DNA of 9,984 nt from Octopus sinensis (GCF_006345805.1 NW_021827673.1:1-9984); one strand, 5' to 3'. Numbered from the stretch's first letter, positions 1-7,928 are shown. Notes: generated from the letters alone by a model not told the origin. Made by a program: numbers and translations.

Positions 1-229
1 AATACATATCAATTAGAATGTACATCTTTAGAACTACACCAGAGAGCATTATTGAGGCTCGCGGTGGCGATGTCGAATGAACATATTAATAATTCCTATC
101 CTCTTATAATTAACTTGTAGATTTTAAACGTTGACAATACAAAAGACTTGTTAACTAAGGAAATCTTGACGTTAATGTGCATAGCACATTGAAGGCTAGA
201 GGTCACACATATTAAATAACCGCACAGTA
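1..229 (+). mobile_element. Decayed 3' end of a Tc1/mariner-superfamily (maT/Tc1-like) DNA transposon
   Basis: 27-80 translates FRTTPESIIEARGGDVE*, preceded by CTS in a shifted frame at 19-27. This resembles the 'C.SFR.RLEA.I.A.GG..E*' transposase C-terminus. 211-229 (attaaataaccgcacagTA) looks like a right TIR ending in TA. The left TIR would be outside the window. Confidence 0.5.
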
Positions 230-260
230 CGCTAGTTTGCCATATACAGAGAGCTATTGG

Positions 261-480
261 CTAGCTAACTAGCTACCTAGCTAACTAGCTACCTAGCTAA
301 CTAGCTACCTAGCTAACTAGCTACCTAGCTAACTAGCTACCTAGCTAACTAGCTACCTAGCTAACTAGCTACCTAGCTAACTAGCTACCTAGCTAACTAG
401 CTACCTAGCTAACTAGCTACCTAGCTAACTAGCTACCTAGCTAACTAGCTACCTAGCTAACTAGCTACCTAGCTAGCTAG
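261..480. repeat. Perfect 16-bp tandem array (CTAGCTAACTAGCTAC)x13, ending in CTAGCTAGCTAG
   Basis: Read directly: units start at 261, 277 ... 453 and are alternating 8-mers CTAGCTAA / CTAGCTAC. Confidence 0.97.
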
Positions 481-533
481 TTAGATAACGTCAAGTTAGA
501 TAGACAAACGGAGAAAAAGACAGACAGATAGAA

Positions 534-716
534 GCCGTGTGGTAAGAAGCTTGCTTCCCAACCATATGGTTCTGGGTTCACTCCTACTGCGTGGCGCCTT
601 GGGCAAGTGTCTTCTACTATAACTTCGAGCCGCCGACCAAAGCCTTCTGAGTGGATTTGGTAGACGGAAACTGAAAGAAGCCCGTCGTTTATACATACAA
701 AAATAGATAATACACA

Positions 717-794
<78 letters not shown>

Positions 795-1037
795 GTGTGT
801 GTGTGTGTGTGTATGTGAGTGCTTGTACTTATACACCTCACCATTGCTTGACAACCGATGCTGGGACGTTTCTGTCCCCGTAACTTTGTGATTCGAGAAG
901 AAAAGAGACCGATAGAATAAGTACTAGGCTTACAAAGAATAAGTTATGGGGACGCTTTCTTCGACTAAAACTCTTGAAGGTGATGCTCCAGCATGGCAGG
1001 AATCAAATGACTGAAACAAATAAAAGAATAAAAGAAT
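534..1037 (+). mobile_element. tRNA-derived SINE family A, copy 1 (5' end slightly eroded), with internal microsatellite
   Basis: Head gccgtgtggtaag...ggttcactcct (A/B-box-like); body ccttgggcaagtgtctt...gacggaaactgaaagaagcccgtcg (to 687); internal (CA)n(TA)n(TG)n at 712-811; 3' part ttgacaaccgatgctgg...atgactgaaacaaataaaagaataaaagaat. Colinear with the copies at 4504-5075 and 5087-5544. Confidence 0.9.
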
Positions 1038-1053
1038 CTCTCTGTGTGTCCCG

Positions 1054-1085
<32 letters not shown>

Positions 1086-1173
1086 ATATAATATATGTAT
1101 GTATGTATGTGTGTGTGTGTATGTATATGTATATATTTGCACACACACACACACACACAATATATAATATAAA

Positions 1174-1211
<38 letters not shown>

Positions 1212-1228
1212 ATATATATTATTATATT

Positions 1229-1275
<47 letters not shown>

Positions 1276-1300
1276 GTATATTTATAAAAATATTATATAA
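1038..1300. repeat. Compound microsatellite (TC)n, (TATG)n, (CA)n, (TA)n
   Basis: Read directly. Confidence 0.95.
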
Positions 1301-1314
1301 AAAAAGATAATGCC

Positions 1315-1315
<1 letters not shown>

Positions 1316-1349
<34 letters not shown>

Positions 1350-2192
1350 GGTCGTCCCTCAGGATGCCCCGAGACTGTTTCCACACGTTTTCCCCACTCA
1401 TCTCGATCTTCCACAATGGTCTTCAACTCCTGTACCCCTTCCATATTTAGTACCCTCCAGCACGTTGCCGATATAAGTCGTCTTCCTCCTTCCTCACTTG
1501 GTTCTTCCTTCTGTTGGTTGCCAGAGCACTAGCTTGTTAGCAATTACATTGGTATGTCTGATGCAGTGTCTAGCTGGCCTATGCTGTATCTTCAATGTTA
1601 CTTTTGGTAGTCCCTTTTGGTATAAGTCGGCATTTGTTGTATGACTCTTCAAGAAACACTGAGAGCCATTCTAAGCATCCCCGTATAACAACCGTCCAAC
1701 TGCTTTTTGCGTCCATGTTTCAGCCCTGTATAGAAGAACAGACTCCACTGTTGCCAGAAACAACCTCACTTTCAATCTCCTTGATAACTTTGAACTCCAT
1801 ACCTTTCTCAATTTATAGCATGCGCTCTAGGCAAGGGCTTTCCTTGCAATGATGTCTTTGTCAGTACTTTGTGTCCACGCAACAAGGTGTTTGAAATTTT
1901 CAGCTACCTTGAGTGACTTACCATTTCTCACTTTCATTGACACAGGCATTTCGTGGTTGAATACTTGCAGCTCTGTTTTCTTTGCATTACAGTACAATCC
2001 TAGCTTCCCCGATTCCTGCTCTAATCTGCTCAGCACCTCTTGTGCCTGATCTGTCCTCTCTGTTAGGAATGCCAGCTCATCAGCAGAGTGTAAGTCAGTT
2101 ACTGTTACTACTTGATGGCGTTTACTTCTTTAGTTATGCAGTTTAAATCCCAGTTCTTCTTCTTTGCCCTCGTAAGTTCTACGCACTACATA
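1316..2192 (-). mobile_element. RTE-clade LINE, 3' part (RT C-terminal half, 3' end and (TAGA)n tail), pseudogenised
   Basis: Minus strand from 2192 reads YVVRRTYEGKEEELGFKLHN*RSKRHQVVTVTDLHSADELAFL (decayed FADD at 2087-2076), then LGLYCNAKKTE...FKHLVAW...ARKALA and later HCIRH...KLVLWQPTEGRTK*GRRKTTYI. It ends in ggacgacc followed by a (TAGA)n tail (plus-strand (TCTA)n at ~1316-1349). Stop codons and frameshifts are present. Confidence 0.9.
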
Positions 2193-2536
2193 CAATTGCG
2201 ACCAAATCAAAATGGCTTCATATCAGGACGGTCGACAACATCACATATTGTCGCACTTAGAAGACTGATAGAAGGAGTGAAGAGCCATAACAGGAAGGCT
2301 ATCATTATCTATGTAGACTCTAAAAGGGCTTTAGATTCAGAGGAATAGAGGAATGTTGATGAAGATACTTAAAGCATATGATATTCTGAGAGCAATAAGT
2401 AAGCTGTATTGAGAACACCAGAGCGAAAGTGATCACTCCTGATGGACAGACGGAATACTTTGAAGGCAAAGCCGGAGTATTACAGGGCGACACTCTAGCA
2501 CCTTATCCCTTCGCCATCATTCTAGACTATGTAATA
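2190..2536 (+). mobile_element. RTE-clade LINE, N-terminal RT segment, inverted relative to the 3' part
   Basis: Plus strand reads IQLRPNQNGFISGRSTTSHIVALRRLIEGVKSHNRKAIIIYVDSKRALDS, then across frameshifts RGMLMKILKAYDI...ENTRAKVITPDGQTEYFEGKAGVLQGDTLAPYPFAIILDYV. These match the non-LTR RT motifs QxGF, DFxKAFDS and GVxQGDxLxP. Confidence 0.9.
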
Positions 2537-2698
2537 ATGATGTAAATAAACAAGTAAACACACCTGGGCTTGGTATGTGAATATGTATATATATATATAC
2601 ATATATATATTTACATCGGCAGGTCAAATCTTTTGATCACCAGTACGCATTTTTTTAGATGTATTGAGCACCGCTGGATCACAACTATTTATTCTATA

Positions 2699-2933
2699 CA
2701 CACATACATACATACATACATACATACATACATACATACATACAAACATACATGCATGCATGCATTCATGCATGCATACATACATACATACATACATACA
2801 TACATACATACATACATACATACATACATACATACATGCATACATCATACAACATACATACATACATACATACATACATACATACATACATACATACATA
2901 CATACATACATACATGCATAAATACATACATAC
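2699..2933. repeat. (CATA)n microsatellite with (CATG)n interruptions
   Basis: Read directly. Confidence 0.96.
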
Positions 2934-2935
2934 AA

Positions 2936-3040
2936 AGGTACCCAGCTGATGCTGAAATTCCAGTGGAGGTGCCTTGGATCTAGGTTAGAAACTGGTTCTT
3001 TCTCTATTGGCAAGAAATCTTGAAAGGAAACTGCAAGACG
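2936..3040 (+). mobile_element. Probable short interspersed-repeat fragment embedded in (CATA)n
   Basis: About 100 bp of complex sequence (ccttggatctaggttagaaactggttctttctctattggcaagaaatcttgaaa) between two CATA arrays. Recalled as repeat-like, but there is no second copy in the window. Confidence 0.35.
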
Positions 3041-3158
3041 TACATACATTCATACACAAGCAAGCACAAACACACACACACAAACACATACATACATACA
3101 TACATACATACATACATACATACATACATACATACATACATACATACATACATACATA
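3041..3158. repeat. (CA)n/(CATA)n microsatellite
   Basis: Read directly. Confidence 0.95.
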
Positions 3159-3160
3159 CT

Positions 3161-3280
3161 GGTACAGCCATGCCTGTGTGGTGTTTATTCCACCGAGTTA
3201 TTAGCATCTACTTATTCTCAATGGCAAAAAACCTCTAGTTGATCAGTGCTCGATCAACCGGAAACCTGTAGCGAACGATG
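3161..3280 (+). mobile_element. Possible old SINE 3'-end fragment related to the SINE at 6635-7023
   Basis: gatcaaccggaa (3252-3263) exactly matches the reverse complement of 6671-6682, and both sit in a gttgat...atcaac hairpin. There is weaker similarity upstream (ggtaca...tgtgtggtgt). Confidence 0.35.
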
Positions 3281-3669
3281 TCACAGTTCCCCGGTCGTCG
3301 TATAAAATCATTAACCTAACACTTCAGAATGACTGCAGCAGTGAAACGGTACGTGCAGCGACAGTGTTTACCTTGAGAGCAGCGACTAAGCCAGAATACT
3401 TACAATAGAATAGTATCTGTTAGTGTTTACTAGGAACCAGTATAACGCAGATATAACAGAGATGTTTGTAGGTCATAAAAATATATTCAGAATGTGCAGT
3501 TGAGTTAATATAAATTGATTGCCCTGAAATGTGCAAATAGATACACGTACACAATTACATCATTCCGGAAAATAGTATAATGAGAGTTCTGATTCAGAAC
3601 GAGACTGACATGGAACGACGTTTCAACACGATTCCTGTGTCGCAGAAAAGGAAAAATAAGAGAGGATTA

Positions 3670-3716
3670 ACGGTAAAATTTCTGACCAATTTGGCTGACA
3701 ATTAAATCATATATGT

Positions 3717-3747
<31 letters not shown>

Positions 3748-3796
3748 ATATATGATTTAATTTTCAGCCAAAATTCTTGGTCACAAATTTTACCGT
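3670..3796. repeat. Imperfect ~45-bp inverted repeat with (TA)n spacer
   Basis: Left arm acggtaaaatttctgaccaa----tttggctgacaattaaatcatata versus reverse complement of right arm acggtaaaatttgtgaccaagaattttggctgaaaattaaatcatata: 2 substitutions and one 4-nt indel. Confidence 0.9.
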
Positions 3797-3863
3797 AATT
3801 TGATTTATAATTGCTAAATTGAATTTTTCCCTGTAAGTTTGGAATTTATTCCCTACTATTATT

Positions 3864-3906
<43 letters not shown>

Positions 3907-4490
3907 TAATTAGATATAAAACCACTATTAGGCAACTCAAGCAGTGATAGACATAAACCAATACATAAATAACAAAAAATATATATAATTAATATAATAT
4001 ATAATATACATATAAAATGTAAAATTAAAATTTAAATTTTTAAATTTTTATATTTTTAATTTTTTAATTTTTATATTTTTAAATTTAAATTTTTTTTTTA
4101 TTAACCAAAAAGTATAAAAAAATTAATATAATATAATAAGTAAAAACGCTACGTACGTTTCTTGGCTATAATTAAATTCGAATTACAATTAAGTTTAAAT
4201 TCAATTGAAAATTCGAATTAAAATTATAGTCAATCTTCAGGTTAATGATAATAGTTAAATAAATAAGCAAATAGAGTTAAACAATATTTTTTAAGAAATA
4301 AATAAAATAATATTTTTTTTCTTATAAACGAAAACATTATTATCTAAATTAGAAACTTAAAACATTAGGATTATGTCATACAACCCACATATTATGTCAA
4401 ATATTTATTTTTAAGGTAAAAAAATAGATAGAAATATGTATTTATCTATTAAGATATAATATGGCTTAAAAAAACATAATAAATTAGTTG
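3751..4490. mobile_element. AT-rich, (TA)n-bounded modules; possible Penelope-like element terminal remnants
   Basis: Complex-sequence blocks at 3751-3868 and from ~3903 abut (TA)n tracts (3716-3752, 3868-3903). The second block contains a minimal hammerhead-like motif of the kind known from Penelope-like element pLTRs. No PLE coding sequence is seen and the right boundary is uncertain. Confidence 0.4.
4147..4241 (-). ncRNA. Minimal (type I) hammerhead-ribozyme-like motif
   Basis: Minus strand: CUGAAGA (4240-4234), long stem II (4233-4162), GAAA (4161-4158), then C-GUAC-G-UA. Helix III is the palindrome ACGUACGU (4151-4158). Predicted cleavage after GUA, between 4150 and 4149. Helix I is only about 1 bp in this copy. 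Confidence 0.6.
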
Positions 4491-4503
4491 AAATTCTACA
4501 ATA

Positions 4504-5075
4504 CGCAGGAGTGGCTGTGTGGTAAGTAGCCAGGCGCAGGAGTAGCTGCGTAGTAAGTAGCTCACTTACCAACCACATGGTTCTGGGTTCATTCTCACTG
4601 CGTGGCACCTTGGGCTAGTGTCTTTCTACTATAGTCTCGGGCCGACCAAAGTCTTGTAAGTGGATTTGATAGACGGAAACTGAAAGAAGCCTGTCGTATA
4701 TATGTATATACATATATTAGGTTGTCCCAAAAGTTCGTAAACACTTGCGAAAATTGAATTTTTACTCGCCAAGTACTAACAAAAACAACAAAAATTATTC
4801 CTCAAAATAAAGACCATTATTTTCAAAGACTTTCTACGAACTTTTGGGACAACCTTATATATGTGTGTATTTGTGTGTCTGTGTTTGTTCCCCCAGCATC
4901 GCTTGACAACCGATGCTGGTGTGCTTACGTCCTCGTAACTTAGCGGTTCGGCAAAACAGAACGATAAAATAAGTACTAGGCTTCCAAAGAAAAAGTCCTG
5001 GGGTCGACTTGCTCGACTAAAGGCGGTGCCCCAGCATGGCCACAGTCAAATGACTGAAACAAGTAAAAGAGTAAA
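4504..5075 (+). mobile_element. tRNA-derived SINE family A, copy 2, with duplicated head and nested MITE
   Basis: Starts cgcaggagtggctgtgtggtaagtagc, B-box-like ggttcattctc, same body and 3' part as copies 1 and 3, ends tgactgaaacaagtaaaagagtaaa. Confidence 0.92.
4717..4857 (-). mobile_element. 141-bp mariner-derived MITE (internal deletion derivative)
   Basis: 23-bp TIRs ttaggttgtcccaaaagttcgta (4717-4739) and tacgaacttttgggacaacctta (4835-4857), 22/23 match. TA flanks at 4715-4716 and 4858-4859. 4833-4795 on the minus strand encodes KVFENNGLYFEE*, like a mariner transposase C-terminus. Confidence 0.9.
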
Positions 5076-5086
5076 TACGTTAAATA

Positions 5087-5320
5087 TTCTTTTTTTTTCA
5101 TTCTTTTATTTGTTTCAGTCATTTGACTGCGGCCATGCTGGAGCACCGCCTTTAGTCGAGCAAATCGACCCCTGGACTTATTCTTTGTAAGCCCAGTACT
5201 TATTCTATCGGTCTCTTTTGCCGAACCACTAAGTGACGAGGACGTAAACACACCAGCATCGGTTGTCAAGCAATGCTAGGGGGACAAACACAGACATACA
5301 AACACACACACACACACACC

Positions 5321-5379
<59 letters not shown>

Positions 5380-5544
5380 TACGACAGGCTTCTTTCAGTT
5401 TCCCTCTTCCAAATCGACTCACAAGGCATTGGTCGGCCCGGGGCTATAGCAGATGACACTTGCCCAAGATGCCACGCAGTGGGACTGAACCCGGAACCAT
5501 GTGGTTGGTTAGCAAGCTACTTACCACACAGCCACTCCTGCGCC
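5087..5544 (-). mobile_element. tRNA-derived SINE family A, copy 3, full length
   Basis: Minus strand starts ggcgcaggagtggctgtgtggtaag, B box ggttcagtccc, internal (TA)n(TG)n at 5290-5381, A-rich tail aaataaaagaatgaaaaaaaaagaa. It is the reverse complement of copy 2 without the MITE. Confidence 0.93.
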
Positions 5545-5850
5545 TATCTTAATTTTTTTAATATAAATCCTAATATTATGTACTTATGAAAATATTATAG
5601 GATTTTTTTAAAACATAGAATGCTTATGAAGGTCCTTCCGAGCAAAATAGGAATCAAAGGGCTCCAAAGGAAAAAGCTGGTTAAAAACCATTGCTGTTTC
5701 TTTGTTGACATTTTCATTCGATGCAGAATATGCTACATGTGTATTTGGTATACTCATCTACCACAAGTATATATGAGGTAGGTGTTGTACATTAGCGTAC
5801 CAACCAGTATATGTAATACAATTTGACCAGCGCGTGATGGGTACTATGTA

Positions 5851-6133
5851 AAAGAAGGAAAGATCCCACCTTCGGTCATGACTGACTATAGAGGCACAAA
5901 TTCATGGAAGACGAGCAGTCTCCCATTCATACCACCGATGTGGGAAAGGCAAAGGGGCCGATACAGCTTGGCACCAATGACGTCAAATCTCATTTCTACA
6001 GCTGAGTGAACTGGAGCAGCATGAAATAAAGTGTCTTACTCAAGAACACAACACACAGACCGGTCTGGGAATCGAACTCACTACCTCATGATTATAAGCC
6101 CGACTCTCTAACCACTGAATCATGCGTCTACAC
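5851..6133 (-). mobile_element. tRNA-derived SINE family B, older copy, probably internally deleted
   Basis: Minus-strand head gtgtagacgcaTGATTCAGTGGttag (A box 6122-6112), B box GAGTTCGATTCCC (6079-6067), then a SINE core-like segment tgtgttcttgagtaagacacttt...ccagttcactcagctgtagaaatg. The head is clearly related to the 6635-7023 SINE head but the body differs. Confidence 0.85.
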
Positions 6134-6634
6134 ACTTAACATAGTAAACCATTTTGCATGGGTGCCAGAATATTGTACCATGTTTATGGTTGTTAAAGGT
6201 TACTACATGTGGGACTGCTACATTGCTGCTTCGTATAATATCATGTGGTATACCATACGGCATGAGTGTTAGCATAACGTTTCACATGTATGCTAGTGAA
6301 CTGTCCTTCATTTATTACGGGGACATGATGCCATATTCATGGTAGTTGAAATGTACTACGTGTGGAGCTTCTACAGTATGTACTACATGTGTACTTGTGA
6401 TAGCATAACGTATCATGTGGGCTAAGTAAATTGTACCATGGGTTGTAAAGACATCCAAGTACTACGTGTGCGTTGTGTGTGTGTGTGGCACATGTATGAT
6501 GGGTACATCACACCACATGTAGAGTAGTATAAATTATATCATGTGTTGTACCCGCGTGTGTGTATGCGTGTGGTACCACATGTGTAGTAAGATATATGTT
6601 GTAGGCACAGCGTACACGTATGATGGGCACATAT

Positions 6635-7023
6635 GGGATGGAAGCGCTCCGTCGGTTACGACGACGAGGGTTCCGGTTGATCCGAATCAACGGAACAGCC
6701 TGCTCGTGAAATTAACGTGTAAGTGGCTGAGCACTCCACAGACACGTGTACCCTTAACGTAGTTCTCGGGGATATTCAGCGTGACACAGAGAATGACAAG
6801 GCCGGCCCTTTGAAATACAGGTACAACAGAAACAGGAAGTAAGAGTGAGAGAAAGTTGTGGTGAAAGAGTACAGCAGGGATCACCACCATCCCCTGCCGG
6901 AGCCTCGTGGAACTTTAGGTGTTTTCGCTCAATAAACACTCACAACGCCCGGTCTGGGAATCGAAACCGCGATCCTATGACCGCGAGTCCGCTGCCCTAA
7001 CCACTAGGCCATTGCGCCTCCAC
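6635..7023 (-). mobile_element. Full-length young tRNA-derived SINE family C with 13-bp TSD (recalled as octopus OR-type)
   Basis: A box TGGCCTAGTGG (7011-7001), B box GGTTTCGATTCCC (6968-6956), many CpGs retained. Perfect direct repeat gatgggcacatat at 6622-6634 and 7024-7036. 3' hairpin at 6670-6696. Confidence 0.95.
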
Positions 7024-7149
7024 GATGGGCACATATACAACATGCGTTAAAGGAACAGCGTAATGCATGTATAATGGCGAAACCACATGTATACCAATTT
7101 CAAAAGTATTACATGTGGTGTTTCTGGTCTTATGCACCATGGTAAGTAC

Positions 7150-7320
7150 ACTAACCGAGTAGACTTATGATCAAGGGCATTCTTATTGCAACAATCCCGT
7201 CTCCTGGATATCTAAGCTACATTATCCAATGTGTCTGACCTTCTTTTAAGGATAGTAAAGCGTGTTTTGATAGGGATTTGGTTATTATTTCTAGCAGATG
7301 ATTTTGTTCGGGCGATTGTC
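7150..7320. mobile_element. Possible decayed interspersed repeat
   Basis: Motifs (tatgatcaagggcatt...atcccgtct; gggatttggttattatttctagcag) recalled as repeat-like. No internal copy confirms this. Confidence 0.3.
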
Positions 7321-7334
7321 GTTAGCAGTAAAGG

Positions 7335-7655
7335 TTTGTTGCACTAAGAGAGCGATGCGGGAGGAGGTGGAGGGGATTATCGAGGAAGTGGCTACAGGGA
7401 TGGGATATGATGGTGAAGGGGAAGTGTTTAAGGAGTCCGAGCAAGAGAGTAGAGAAGAGGGGGAGGAGAGTTGTCGAGGAGATGCTAGGAAGGGCGGATG
7501 AGGAGGTTAAATAGGCGGGGATGAGGAGAGAAAAAGGGTTGTGTTAAGGAGGAGACGTGTGAGATAGTGTTGGGTGTTTGTTAAGGATGTGATGACGGAA
7601 GGACGGGCGATGATGAAGAAGTGACAGCAAGAGATAGATAGATAGATAGATAGAT

Positions 7656-7686
<31 letters not shown>

Positions 7687-7805
7687 AGAGAGAAAGGGGG
7701 ACAGAGGATTATAGAAAAGATGGCGGATAAGAAAGGCCGGGTAGATAAATAAGCGGAGGCGAAGGTGGGGCATGTTCGTGGGAATGGTGGCTGTTGAGTT
7801 GGGAA
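7335..7805. repeat. Purine/G-rich low-complexity tract including (GATA)n at ~7633-7657 and (GA)n at ~7658-7692
   Basis: Read directly; strong G+A skew on the plus strand. Confidence 0.85.
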
Positions 7806-7928
7806 TAAATAAATAGAAATTGAATAAAATTATTATTCAATGTCGTAATAATGACAATTTCTATCAGAATTACAAAAAGGACATTTTTATAATGTAATAT
7901 TTCTTTGCCATTGTAAAGGTTCTAAGAA

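Larger units (their letters stand above)
5730..7120. repeat. Degenerate repeat region with core (T)AC(T/C)AC(A/G)TGT(G), interrupted by two SINEs
   Basis: Core occurs near 5733, 6201, 6354, 6381, 6460, 6511, 6574, 7081 and 7107. Longer shared words: attgtaccatg (~6172, ~6430), tagcataacgt (6270, 6401), tgatgggYac (~5835, ~6497, 6621). Confidence 0.55.

Noticed and set aside
261-480. CRISPR-like or telomeric array
   Set aside because: No spacers, not a TTAGGG-type unit, and the context is eukaryotic repeat DNA.
477-1207. ORFs with YIYI/VCVC/HTHT runs
   Set aside because: Translations of microsatellites and SINE sequence; no protein-like content.
1595-2049. Plus-strand ORFs of 85 and 66 aa
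   Set aside because: Antisense shadows of the minus-strand RTE fragment.
1307-2539. ataatg as TSD of the RTE insertion
   Set aside because: Only 6 AT-rich nt and not flush with the tail; insufficient.
2946-2998. Second hammerhead (CTGATGC...GAAACTGGTTC)
   Set aside because: The core deviates from CUGANGA and no stem II closes between the two strands. At most a decayed remnant.
2570-3238. ORFs with (HTYI)n/(MYVC)n repeats
   Set aside because: Stop-free reading of (CATA)n arrays.
6945-7023. Functional tRNA gene (likewise 6060-6133 and the family A heads)
   Set aside because: The A/B boxes are followed by SINE bodies and, here, enclosed by a TSD. I could not form a convincing cloverleaf.
7298-7773. 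Glu/Gly-rich and Leu/Ser-rich ORFs
   Set aside because: Explained by the purine-rich low-complexity tract; no recognisable domain.
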